A stretch of DNA of 53,126 nt, counting the filler, from Catajapyx aquilonaris (lineage: Eukaryota): NCBI GenBank assembly GCA_000934665.2. It is 2 parts of 2 records of this genome, joined end to end, with 100 filler letters (N's around TTAATTAATTAA, not from the genome) between each part and the next. Parts side by side here need not be neighbours in the genome. Positions count along the whole stretch, not along the records: positions 26,412 to 53,126 come from KZ539309.1; 1 more part is not named here. The stretch is one strand, 5' to 3'. The notes under the pieces are model-generated. The model did not search any database and was not told the DNA's origin. It saw nothing but the letters and a program-made list of their open reading frames with translations. A program made the translations under genes and the position numbers. This document shows positions 26,412 through 37,671 of this stretch, one piece after another. Every line of letters begins with the position of its first letter. The stretch's first letter is position 1.

Positions 26412-27350
26412 AGTTTCAATTAGCATCACTGGGTCAAGCCGGTCAAGCACTAATCCTGACTAATCCAATCCAAAACGTGCGATTTGATCAAACCCTGCTC
26501 ACATATTTCCAGTTGGCATCAATGGGACGAGGACTACTACCAACCCTAACTCACACTATTTAAGTTGGCATCACTGGGAACAAGAGTGCCAACCCTGCCC
26601 ACAATTTTCAGTTGGCATCACTGGGTACAGGAGTGCCAATCTGCTCACAATTTTCAGTTGGCATCACTGGGAACATGAGTGCCAATTTGCTCACAATTTT
26701 CAGCTGGCATCACTGGGTACAGGAGTGCCAACCACGCTCATTTTCAGATGGTATCACTGGGAACAGGAGTGCCAATCTGCTCCATTTTCAGTTGGCATCA
26801 CTGGGTCCAGGCGTGCCAACCACGATCATATTCAGTTGGCATCACTGGGCACAGGAGTGCCAACCCTGCCCACAATTTTCAGTTGTAATCACTGGGAACA
26901 AGAGTGCCAATTTGCTCACAATTTTCAGCTGGCATCACTGGGTACAGGAGTGCCAACCACGCTCATTTTCAGTTGGCATCACTGGGAACAGGAGTACCAA
27001 TCCTTCTCACATATTTTCAGCTGGTATCACTGGGAACAGGAGTGCCAACCTGGTTCAAAATTTGCAGTTGGCATCACTGCTGGGTCCAGGAGTGCCAACC
27101 ATGCTCATTTTCAGCTGGTGTCGCTGGAACCACGAGTACCAATCCGTCTGACATATTTTCAGCTGGTATCGCTGGAGACAGGAGTGCCAATACCATGCTC
27201 ACATATTTTTCAGCTGGCACCAATGGGGCATGAGAGTGGATACCCTGGGCTAAATCTTCAGTTGGCATCATGGGGACATGAGTATACCAATCCAAAACGT
27301 GCGCTTTGATCAAACCCTGCTCACAATAATTTTTCAGTTGGAATCACTGC
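26412..27350. repeat. Minisatellite of 44-48-bp palindromic units, about 17-18 copies
   Basis: Consensus TTTTCAGTTGGCATCACTGGGAACAGGAGTGCCAA plus a variable linker. Units start at about 26512, 26564, 26611, 26657, 26703, 26747, 26791, 26835, 26882, 26928, 26972, 27020, 27067, 27114, 27162, 27213, 27261 and 27337. Confidence 0.96.
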
Positions 27351-28059
27351 CTGCAAGCCACGTGGTTTTAGCGCTACAGTTATCGTGACTCGAGCATATT
27401 TTATTGCATGATTGCATACGTGTGACAATGTGCGTAATATTTCGACGTGAAAAGCGACCCAAAAAATCACCAGCTGATGACCACTGTGCAGATCTGTATA
27501 AAACTAATGAGGTCAGGATGCAAATAATCATCTGGCAACACTCCTCCCAACCTGGCAACCCTGTAATTGCACACTGCAACCCGTATGCACCTGTACACGT
27601 GTGTTGTGTAACACAAACCAGGCACGAAACCTTATATATTTCAAGGCCTCTGCAGCAATTTTTTTCCCCCCCGGTCCCTGCAACCCGCTCGAACTTCTTT
27701 TTTTTTTGCGAAAAAATTGCTCACTACCAAATCATGCGATATTTCGCCAATAAAAAAATTCCGCCAAAATTATGTTGGGGTAGGCAAAAACCGGGCCAAA
27801 TAATGGGCCTTGCTCTCCTTTCATTTGTTTCTTTTGGGCCACTCACCCCGTCACTTTGTTTTTTTTTTTTTGCACATGTGCTCATTTGCATATGGGTCTC
27901 TCTCCCACCTCTCGCACCTTATAACCTTTTTCCAGCCAATGGCAGACGCGCAAAAAAATTGCGGTAAGTATGGCCCGATATGTACACTGTAAAGTCTGTT
28001 ACGTAACCATTTATAGGATGTACTATCCCAGACAAAAAAGATGGGGAGACTAGTTTGCT

Positions 28060-28515
28060 TGCCATTTTTCGATTTCTTATATTTCTGCCTATTTTCAATG
28101 TGTGCATTTTTTTAGTTATTTAATTTTCCAATTGTTCAATTTCTTCATTTGTTAAATGTCGTCAATTTTCGATTATTATTAAATAATTATACAGTATTCA
28201 TTTCTCTTCAGTTTTTCGATTTTAAAATTTTCCACTTTATCAAGTTTTTACATCGTTAAACTTTTAAATTTCTGCCATTTTCAATTTCTTCAGATTCTCA
28301 GTATCTTAATTTTGCGATTTTTGAAATATTCCCATTTCTTCATTTTTTAAAAATTTTGCGATTTTACACGTTTTTCAATTTTTCAATTCCTGCAGTTTTC
28401 GATTTTTAAAATTTTCCAGTTTAAGTTATTCCATTTTTAAAATTTTATACACTTTCTGCAATTTTCAATTCCTGCAGTTTTTCAGTTCCTTAAATTTTTA
28501 AATTTCTTCAAATTT
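28060..28515. repeat. Degenerate T-rich short-period repeat (ttttcgatttt / cccatttcttca / cctgcagtttt)
   Basis: Recurrent motifs with strong T-over-A skew; the same motifs recur at 32200-32680. Confidence 0.7.
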
Positions 28516-28521
28516 TCGCTA

Positions 28522-28604
28522 AAGTGAAGTGGGGGAAGTGAACACCCGCGGTAAGTGCACATATTGTGCACTTACCCCGGGTGTGCACTTCCCCCACTTC
28601 ACCT
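28522..28604. mobile_element. Miniature palindromic element (MITE-like) flanked by TA
   Basis: aagtgaagtgggggaagtgaacacccgcggtaagtgcac-atatt-gtgcacttaccccgggtgtgcacttcccccacttcacct: two ~39-bp arms with 3 mismatches, and TA at 28520-28521 and 28605-28606. Confidence 0.8.
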
Positions 28605-28697
28605 TATTTGAAATACTGTATTACAATATATTTCTTCCGTTTTTCGATTTTGCAATATCTTGCATTTGTTTCATTTTTTGCGCCGTTATCGAATCTA

Positions 28698-28810
28698 AAA
28701 AATTGTGCAAATAATTTTGACTTGTGTTTGAAAATTGCGTATTTTACAACCGGCTCGGTTGTAAACCATGAAATTTTCAAACACAAGTCAAAATTATTTG
28801 CACAATTTTT
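28698..28810. repeat. AT-rich inverted repeat (fold-back), probable MITE remnant
   Basis: aaaaattgtgcaaataattttgacttgtgtttgaaaatt is mirrored by aattttcaaacacaagtcaaaattatttgcacaattttt, with inner tttacaac/gttgtaaa arms. Confidence 0.85.
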
Positions 28811-29444
28811 CTTTTTGCAATATCAGCCCTGGCAGCACAATTTGCATAGTGTGAACCAGAGGGCCACTCAACATCAGTCAGTGTGTCTCAACAATGAGTG
28901 TCTCGAGATTCCAGTGTCTCGAAACGGAGTCAAGGATAAAACGCAAAAATATTTATTATTATTATAATATTTCACGACACATGGAGCGCGCACCATGTTT
29001 GATGAGACCGGCACCTGACGACCTTGGAGAGGAAGAGGTCAAGGTTTCCCATTCCCTCGGGATGACACCCTCCAATCCGGGACATGCTTCACCTGAAGCC
29101 GGTATCAAATCGGGACATGAGGTGTGTGTATGGTGGGGGGTGAAAGAAGAAGAAGAAGAAAAGGGGGTGAAGTTGTAAGGAGGTGGAGACCAAAGAGGGG
29201 GGGAGTAAAATGCCGGAGCCAATGACCCCCTTGCCCGCCTTGCCAGGAGGAAGGCATTTTGACACTGTTGCCACCTTTTCACACACATACAAAATAAAGG
29301 GAGGGGGGGGGGGCGAAAAAGGGGAGAGAGATGAGCCGCAGGTCACGTCCACCAAGCCGTGATTTAGTGCAGCACTCACTTCGGGGGCCCGCAAGTTAAT
29401 ATTATGAGTCTACCTTAGTACCATGCCCGTGATCCCAACACAAC

Positions 29445-30295
29445 GGATTGTTCGACCCAGCAAACCACATTTTAAAGCATAAAATCATGCATAAAATATG
29501 TCTTCAAAAATAGTATACATTATGGATCTGGATATTGCAATAACACAGAAAAACGCTCCAGATTCGCCCAAAGTTCGCCCGCGATTCGCCCAACTTTCGC
29601 CGCGATTCGCCCAACCATCCCCGATCCTACACGCCGTATTGTTCGACCCAGCAAACACAATTGAAAACACAAAATTGAGTAGAGAAAAGGTGGGTTTATA
29701 CTCCGCCGTAAGGGGCACTACGGCAGCTTACGGCACGCCTGCTGCTGTATCGCCAGCGCACTACGGCATGAATTTCAACTCCCTACGGCCGCTGCCAAAG
29801 TTGAACGAAATTCAACTTTTCAGCTACGTCATAAGGCCACTACGGCAAAAAAAAATGGTGGCTCCGCAAAGCGCCGCAATGCTTGCCGTATGTGTTCGAA
29901 AACTGGCTCATAAGGCATATTCCCGGAACAATTTGATTTTTGGCCAGCTAATATGATCATTGCCGAGACCCATGGACGTTTTTAGTATTAAAAAATTTAA
30001 GTCCAAAATCCGTGGCAGACCGGAGCTGCGGACACCTGGCGGACACCGCCGGTACTAGGAATCCGGCAATGCTTGACATACGGTACACGTACAGTAGCTA
30101 GTATAAACCGCTTGCAGTAGCAGGCTCGCTTTCTTTACGGCGCTACTGCTACTTCTCGCCCCTTACGGCGGAGTATAAACCCACCTAAATATCTTCATAA
30201 GTAGTACGTGATGGATCTGGACATTTTTTTTAAAAATCGCCCAACGTTCGCTCACGATTCGCCCAAAATTCGCTCACGATTCGCCCCAACGTTCA
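29445..30295. repeat. Diverged ~190-bp tandem duplication with internal gattcgccc/gttcgc subrepeats, interrupted by a MITE
   Basis: ttgttcgacccagcaaac occurs at about 29448 and 29639, and atggatctgga at about 29522 and 30211. gattcgccc runs lie at 29561-29615 and 30235-30295. Confidence 0.75.
29688..30186. mobile_element. Non-autonomous DNA transposon (PIF/Harbinger-like MITE, about 500 bp)
   Basis: Perfect 29-bp TIRs AGGTGGGTTTATACTCCGCCGTAAGGGGC (29688-29716) and GCCCCTTACGGCGGAGTATAAACCCACCT (30158-30186). The 3-bp flanks are AAA/AAA, or AAA/TAA if the ends move in by one base. Internal tacggc motifs recur. The superfamily is inferred from the 3-bp TSD and G-rich end. Confidence 0.88.
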
Positions 30296-30650
30296 CCTGA
30301 TTTGTCTGAACTCTTTACGAATCCATCAGTAAATCCGGTACGCACTTGAGCGACATAACCCCCCCTTATGGTTGCTGAGTTGCTGGGGTGGACAATCCGG
30401 CCCGTATATATAGAGAGAAAAGGTACGCATGCGCGCGAATTGGGACGAGGAAAAACGCTCTCTCTCTCTTTGTGAGCACGTCCCAGATTTCGACGGGGGC
30501 TGTCACAATCCGATACGTTTCTGTGTCGATTATGCGGTACAGTTGGGGACAAAAGGTGGGTTCCGCAATGGATTGCACTGCTCCTATAGGACACGGGGAA
30601 AGGACAAGGAAATGTGGCAATGTCGCCTACATTCCGGATTTCAGACGCCC

Positions 30651-30672
30651 GTTGTTGTTGTTGTTGTTGTTT
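30651..30672. repeat. (GTT)n microsatellite
   Basis: Read directly; explains the poly-Q, poly-L and poly-V stretches in the ORF track. Confidence 0.9.
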
Positions 30673-32154
30673 TTTCCTTCGGTTTTGTTGTCTTCTGCAG
30701 TTATTCACTTTGGGAGTGCTCTTTTAATTCTCATGGATTCCTTCGAGCATTCATTAAAATCCGGATCACTTCGGGATCAGTCCCGGATTTTCCGGGATTC
30801 GCCATCTGGATTCCCCCTCTTATTAAAACATCTACGTGCAAGTTTCCACTCAAATATTCATCCGATTCCTTCGATAAATTATTGCAAAATTTGCCTAATG
30901 AAAAATTAGGATTTGTCGCAATTGCTAATCGCCCAATACTCTGAGAGCCCACTTATGTCGTATATGTAATTCTTTTACTATTTTTTTTTTGCACTTTCTG
31001 CAGGCAAGGCCCAACAGGACAATTAGACACTTCATTAATTTAATAATAAATAAGTACATGTGCAGGCAACCAGCACGTCTCCATTCATATAACAAGCCGC
31101 TTTGCTGACTTTAGACGCAAATATTTGGCATGCAAAAGTTGAGCGCCATCAAGTTTCGTTGGTCAAAGCGTGGTGCGAACATTCCATTGCGCATTTCCGC
31201 ATAAAAAATTGCCTTTAAAAAAATGTTGTTGACCAGTGTGGCCGGCTGACCGTTGCCGCAGTTATCCTTCATCCGAGGTCAGTCCTCAAATCGCTAACTG
31301 TATGAGACTTTTGCGCGGGGCTTTTTTTTCCCTTCTTCTTTCTCTATATGCCTGCTTCGCGAGCGAGGCTGATCGGTGCTTGGGTTGCCCCGTTTGCCTT
31401 TTCCAGATCAGAGTACAGTAAGTTGGCGGTACAGTATTTGTACTTAGGACATGTCCCGTTGGACAAGCCAAGCCGCCCTGCCACTGGAACGGGGTCTCCT
31501 AGGGCCCCGAAAGAGAGGAAGAGGAAGAGCATGACGGTTGTCCGCAGCTTCCGGATTGGGGGTACATTGCCCGTTATACTACCTTTTGCATTGCCCTCTC
31601 TCGGGTACATACATACCTGGGACAAGGAAGAAGCCATGCGAGGAGAGGCAAGAAAAAGAAACGACCAACCCAGATTGTACTAGGCAGCTTTCGGTTTCGT
31701 GCCGCCCTACTAACCATCCATGCTGTATTTCCAACCCTGCCAAATAAGCCGCCACGTGCGCCACGTTCATCAAAAATTTCGGAATAATTCCGTACAGGGT
31801 TCATAGCCGTGCAGTAACGTTAGAAAACAATATCCTTACGCCTATCGCTATAGTCGGCTGAAAATCCACAGCAAGATTGATCTACAACTTGTAAATGAGG
31901 CAACTCTGCCAAATGGTGCAATATGGCAAGATACCCAGCGATAGCGGAGACTATAACAGGAAGGTGCAAAGGGCTATAATAGGGAAGATCTGAGAATACT
32001 GAAAAAGGATGGCACAATAATTAAGCTAGATTTTTCCCTCAATCGCTATATATAGCTGAAATTTATTCACGGATATAAATTTAATGCGAATTTTAAAAGA
32101 CATAATATTACTGGCGCATTTTTGGATTCATTACGGCGATATGGATTATCCCGC

Positions 32155-32680
32155 AGGCTAGACGACGCGGCCTGATGACCTCCAGGATGTTCCCTAACCA
32201 TTTTCAATTTCCTGCAGATTCAAATTATTTTTTTGAAATTTTCCCATTTCTTCAGTTTTCTAACTTTCCGATTTTTACCATTTTGCAATTTTTGCAGTTT
32301 TCGATTTGTTCAGTTTTTCCATTCCTTAAATTTTGCGATTGTGTTGCAATTTTCTAATTTCGGTCCATTTTAAAAATAAATTCTTCAGTTTTCGATTTTT
32401 GAAATATTCAAATTTCTGCGAAGCTATAGACGACGCGACCTGACCTGCAGGATGTTCCCTATCCATTGTCAATTCTTGCAGTTTTCGACTTGTAGACATC
32501 TCCCCCATTTCTTCAGTTTTTTTTCATGTTTTCGATTTTGACAATTTGTCAATTTATTCAGTTTTTGAATCCCTTGATTTTTGTGCAATTTTTCATTTTC
32601 GGCAAATTTCTTCCAATTTTCGATTTGTGAAATATTCCAATTTCTTTAGTTTGTCAATTTTTTTTAATTGTTCAAATTTG
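32155..32680. repeat. Degenerate T-rich repeat with an internal ~270-bp duplication, related to 28060-28515
   Basis: tagacgacgcg-cctga...caggatgttcccta occurs at about 32159 and 32427; the cccatttcttcagtttt and ttttcgatttt motifs are shared with 28060-28515. Confidence 0.7.
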
Positions 32681-33616
32681 CACTCTGAAGCCGAATGTGC
32701 CAAAAAATCAACTAGAGTAATTTCGTCTTAAACAATCGCAATATACACTTTAATTCCTAAGTTCGCACTTTTCACTGTGCAGATTTTTGGCAGCATCAAC
32801 TTGCAATTTATTTTTTTTCTCTCGCATCCATCCGTACCCTGGAGCCGTTTCACGCCGAGTTCACTCACACCGCGAAACCAACGCGAAATCCTGATTTACT
32901 AAAACTTTTCGCAATGCCAGTTATGCGACCTGGCCACCTGATTTTTTTTTTACAAAAAAAAACTGCGCGCCTTTTATTTCCGACCCTGGACACTACAGTT
33001 GTGAATTGGCCGAGCTGAAAATTCGCAAAAAAAAAAATAAAGGAAAAAAAAGAGTCCGGGAAGTTTCTGACTTGCACAACTGATGCATCCAGACCCCCCT
33101 TTACCCCCACCTCATAACTGCTTCCTCGTGCCTAGGGCATGACGTGACGCAACGGACCCCTGACAAACTCAGCTGCTAACGTCATTGTCAGTCTATTATT
33201 TTTTCTCTCTCCCTCCCTCCCTCTACTCGGACACAAATGTGGCATCGCCGCAATCAATAGGCTTCGATCCCCCCCCCCCCCCCNGGACTCTTCATCTGTC
33301 CACCAATCAGAATCTAGCTGTCCGTCAGACATGTGCCAAGTTCAACCCGATTTGGCAACCCTGCCGTCAATCGCGGGGTATATAATAAATACTGCACGTA
33401 CGACCACTCCAGGGGGTTAACTTACCCACACCGTCGGTATCATATTCCCTAAAAAGTGACTAGAACGTGACTTAAGCCGATAAATCAGCTTAATGGTGTC
33501 GTACTGGTGGCGCAACGAGCCGCAGGCGGCGAAAGAGCGAATCGGAGTGATGAATTAGCAACTATTTGCCACCATCGGATCGTGGCGCCACCTGTAAGAC
33601 ACCATTAATGCCCAGC

Positions 33617-34243
33617 ACGTGGCTAACGAACCTGGACAAACATGCAAACAAACTTTGCCTTTTATAATAATAGGCACACATTACGTAACATATTTTTACG
33701 AATCCCCCCCCCCTCCCCATAATAATAGTCTTTCTTCGCCGGAAATATGTGCGAATTCCCACTTCTTTTCGCGCCTGTTCGTACTGTACCACGTGACCAG
33801 TGAACTTGGACCAAACATGCAAACAAACTTTGCCTTTTATAATAAAAGACGCCTTTAATTACGGTACGAATTTCTCCCACATTCTGCACTTTCGTACGAT
33901 TTTTTCTTCTTCTTTTTACCCCTGTCCGAACCACTCCACTGTCGGGCCAAGGAACCTGGACAAACATGCAAACAAACTTTGCCTTTTAGACTCATACGAC
34001 ACATTTTTACGATTTTCTTTTCCTCGCAATGATAGGCTCGCTTCGCCGAAAATTCTTGTACGAATTTTTCATTATTTTCGAGCCTGTTCGTACCTGGACA
34101 AACACGCAAACAAACTTCGCCTTTTATAATAATGGGCAGGTATGACACCTTTTTACGATTATTTTCTCTCAGAATGATAGGCTTGTTTCGCCGAAAAATT
34201 TGTGTGCGAATTTTTTTCCTTCTTTTCGCGCCTGTTCGTACCA
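33617..34243. repeat. Tandem repeat of ~140-175-bp units, 4 copies
   Basis: cctggacaaacatgcaaacaaactttgcctttta at about 33630, 33806, 33955 and 34093; gcctgttcgtac at about 33773, 34082 and 34229. A solo fragment lies at about 47219-47250. Confidence 0.9.
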
Positions 34244-35059
34244 TTGTCGCTGTGGCATTCCAGTGTGTCGCTATGCTAAATATTTAATCGCCTCTTCTGT
34301 AGACTATATAGTGATAGGTAATGCAAAAAAAAAAACACTATTCGGCTCGCTTCGCACGCGCTCCCGTGTGTGTATCCACAGCTGTGCATTTTTTCGTCGG
34401 CGTCGTACCACTGACTGTGTGTGGCTGTTGGCATACCAGTGTCGCCATCCTAACTATTTAGTCGCCTCGTCTGGTAGACAAGCTGCCTGGAGTCCCATTC
34501 ATTCGCCCGCCTAATCAAGAGCGTGGTTTAAGAGAGAGAGAGAGGGGGGGGATAAAAATGGCGCGTCCTGCCCGATACGAGAGAGATAAAAGAGAGGCGA
34601 CAAGTGGGTGCCACGCAAAGAGACCCACGCTCTTGCACCAAGAAGTGGGCACACACCATTGTTGGAGGCAAGCTGCGTGTCTGACTAGTCCTTGATCAAT
34701 AGGCTCTTTTTTTTTTTACAATGACGGTCACTGGTAGCCTACCCCACCGGAAGAGAGAGGGGGGGCAAAACTGGCCCCGATTCTCACAACCTCCCCTTGT
34801 ATGTGTGTGTGTCCAGCCTGACCTCCATTTTATCGCAAAATTAGACAACATGGCCTCGCCATCTGCAGAGCCAACAATGAGCACCTGCCCCCCCCTCCCT
34901 TCCCCCCCTCATCCTCGACACCCTATTCTGGCCAAAAGACAAAAGATTGGGGAGGAATGGGAGGGGGGCAAAAGTGAGGGGGGGGGGGGTCAACGTTTCC
35001 CATCCTGCACGCTGTCCTCGGAAACATGTTGCCAAATCCAAGTGTTTACATTCGTAGAA

Positions 35060-35462
35060 ATTTCCCCAAATTTAAACCCTACAAAAATTATTCACAAAAA
35101 TGTAGGGCGAACTTCCGCGAGATTCTTGGAACAAAGTGTTTACAATTCGCCAAATTTCGCTTCAAAAAAAATTTTATTCAGAAAATATGGTGCGAACTTC
35201 CGTCAGATTCTTGGGAACAAAGTGTTCACAATTCGCCAAATTTAACTGCAAAAAATTAATATTAAACTATTGGGCGAACTTCCACGAGATTCTTTGGTGT
35301 TTACAATTTGCCAAAATACGTGAAATTTACGTGCAGAAAAATGTAGGGGGGGGCGAACCTCCCCGAGATTCTTGGGGCAAAGTGTTTACAATAAATTCGT
35401 CAAATTTAACTGCAAATATTCAGAAAATGTATATAGGAGCGAACTTCCGAAAGATTATTGGG
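35060..35462. repeat. Tandem repeat of ~83-bp units, about 5 copies
   Basis: gcgaacttcc...agattcttgg...aaagtgtttacaattcgccaaattt recurs at about 35107, 35192, 35274, 35353 and 35439. Confidence 0.9.
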
Positions 35463-35466
35463 ACAT

Positions 35467-35534
35467 ATCGCTCGCTTCTCAGACATCGCTCGCTTCTCAG
35501 ACATCGCTCGCGTCTCAGACATCGCTCGCTTCTG
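35467..35534. repeat. 18-bp minisatellite (ATCGCTCGCTTCTCAGAC), about 3.8 copies
   Basis: Near-identical units at 35467, 35485, 35503 and 35521. Confidence 0.95.
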
Positions 35535-35739
35535 ATGGGCATATCGCGATATTTGTCAACCTTTCAGCAGCTAAAGTAGCTGTTCCGCAGGCAAGCGCTA
35601 ATTTTGATTCACGATATAATAGCTAATTTTGGGCCCGGTTAACATAGGTTAACTACAGTGTCAAGTGCTGTTTACAGACTAACCCACTGGTTAATGTTCA
35701 CCGTGGAAACTTCCACCTAATCAGAGGTTTAGTAGTATA

Positions 35740-35985
35740 TCACTGATTATGACGAAATCTTTTATTACGATCAAATCCACGATTTGACGAAATCGCTGAT
35801 TCGACTAGATCTTTGATTACGATTAATTCTCTGATTCTGACCGAATCTCTCATAATGACTTAAATCGCTGGTTACAACTAAATATTTGATTGCGATTAAA
35901 TCTCCGATGATAACTCGCTGATTCATTCGGTTAAGTGGGAGATTTAATCACTGATCACGATTAAATCTCCGATTACGACTAACAA
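35740..35985. repeat. Degenerate ~17-20-bp repeat (ctgattacga-taaatc)
   Basis: Recurring gattacga, ctgatt and taaatc motifs. Confidence 0.6.
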
Positions 35986-36324
35986 GTGTCTCATTATTAT
36001 AGCCAACAGCATAATCTTACATTTTCGACTTAATTGGACTGTGTTTTACGCATTTAATCGGAGATTTTCCCCCCATAATGTGCGATTTTTGTGAAGATTC
36101 AATCTTCAACTACAAATTGTACTGAAAGTGAGCCCGACCCCAAGAGTCGAACCCAGGACCCTGACCGGGTGGGCCAATAATTGCTGGATGGTAAAAAGAG
36201 CTCGGGGGTTTTTACTTCCGGGAGTCATTGACAGGGGTGCTGGTTTTTTAAGGCTTAGCTGGCGGCTCTGGGAAAATGCGCGCCTTTTGTGTGTGGCTTC
36301 AGGCATGGCATCTACTGGAGGAGA

Positions 36325-36518
36325 NNNNNNNNNNNNNNNNNNNNNNNNNNNNNNNNNNNNNNNNNNNNNNNNNNNNNNNNNNNNNNNNNNNNNNNNNNNN
36401 NNNNNNNNNNNNNNNNNNNNNNNNNNNNNNNNNNNNNNNNNNNNNNNNNNNNNNNNNNNNNNNNNNNNNNNNNNNNNNNNNNNNNNNNNNNNNNNNNNNN
36501 NNNNNNNNNNNNNNNNNN
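36325..36518. other. Assembly gap (194 N)
   Basis: Run of N followed by an A tract. Confidence 0.99.
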
Positions 36519-37428
36519 AAAAAAAAAAAAAGATCAACAAGAAAAAAACACCGGGTCCCTTATTTTAAAATCTGTACTGTGAATACCTACAATCTTCTCT
36601 TACATATGTAAACCAGTACGTTGGCTATTTAACCCACTTCCGGACTACTGAATGTGCTGAAACTTGGCACACTGACGACTTACGTCGCTGATTCCCGGGA
36701 AAAGTCCGAAACCCGTACTTTTTGGAGTCTAAATACCCAAAATTTTGAATATTTCGTTTATTATGTCTGTTGTCGCCTGCGGCGGCAATTGCGGATCTAT
36801 TTTATTTATCAATCACCGTGCGATGAACGGGTCTCCTGCTAGTGTGTTTATATAATATGATTTTGAAGTGGTTGCTGGGACTAGAAACTCGAATCAGGAT
36901 AAGAGAGTACCGCCGAGGGATAGTCAGTGCCATTCTTCAACGCTACAGTTATCGTGATTTGATTCGGGAAGTCTTCACCGCTACGTTTATCGCGATTCAC
37001 TAGTCCTCTCCCGCCCGAATATTGAAAAAAATGGCGGCTCCATATGCTCCGAGAGTCTCACGTGTTCGAGGCTGACGAAAATGTGGGGTGGCCCACCCGG
37101 CGTTTTGCCACCCCTCCCCCAACCACCTCCATCAAACTCAACAGACCACCCCCTCCCGGAAGGTCAAGCCGAAAACAAAGAGGAGCAGGTGCTATCGGAA
37201 GCCGGCACGCGCCTTACTACGGCTTTTACTACACACACTCACAATGAGGAGGTCAATGTCACTCACAATCACTAGTAAGGGGGAAGGCATGTGCACTACT
37301 GGCCGGGGACTCGTGCCGAAGTCCCCGGCCACATGTGCCAAGTAGCCCCTGCTCCGGCCACATGCAACGGTGCGGGGCCACGCGCACTGATCCGATTTGA
37401 TTGTCACTAAATGTATCGAGTGACATAC

Positions 37429-37671
37429 CTGGATTGGGTCCACTCCAGGCCGACCTCAGCGTTGGCGGTTAGGAGCATGGGGTCCACAGTAGGCGTAATT
37501 CCTCCCGCCCCGTTTCACCATCACTCAACAGCACCAACCACTCACTAATTTCTCTCTCGTGTATCACTGTAATCACTAGTCTCCTCTACGTTGTTGTTGG
37601 GTTGCCGGCTGATTGTGCAGCGACTCCTCCTCCGACCAACAACCCTCCGACAGCCCTACCATCCCCCGACT
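37429..37671 (-). other. Candidate first exon (mostly 5' UTR) of the minus-strand gene
   Basis: Starts at the Inr and ends at the donor CCAG|GTATGT (exon end 37429). GC-rich. Contains two short closed uORFs and an open frame MLLTANAEVGLEWTQS(R) from the ATG at 37478, ending in phase 2. Confidence 0.4.

Noticed and set aside
26612..27309. Long overlapping ORFs (179 and 194 aa) with WHHWEQECQ / GITGNRSAN / QLASLGTGVP repeats
   Set aside because: They are a by-product of a stop-poor minisatellite. The same three peptides rotate through all frames because unit lengths vary and are mostly not multiples of three.
26511..27350. CRISPR array
   Set aside because: The linkers are short and homologous to each other, the repeats are degenerate, there are no cas genes and the context is a eukaryotic intron.
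31344..31637. Signal-peptide exon (MLFLFLSFGALGDPVPVAG) near CCCAG|GTATGT
   Set aside because: No GT donor follows the hydrophobic stretch in a compatible phase, and the stretch derives from a CT-rich tract.
36105..36324. Second tRNA-derived SINE (B-box GGTTCGACTC on the minus strand, 14 nt shared with the 16.8-kb SINE)
   Set aside because: There is no properly spaced A box, body homology or TSD, and the region runs into a gap. The evidence is too weak to call.
36106..36611. ORFs of 97-146 aa
   Set aside because: They are open only because they run through the 194-N gap.
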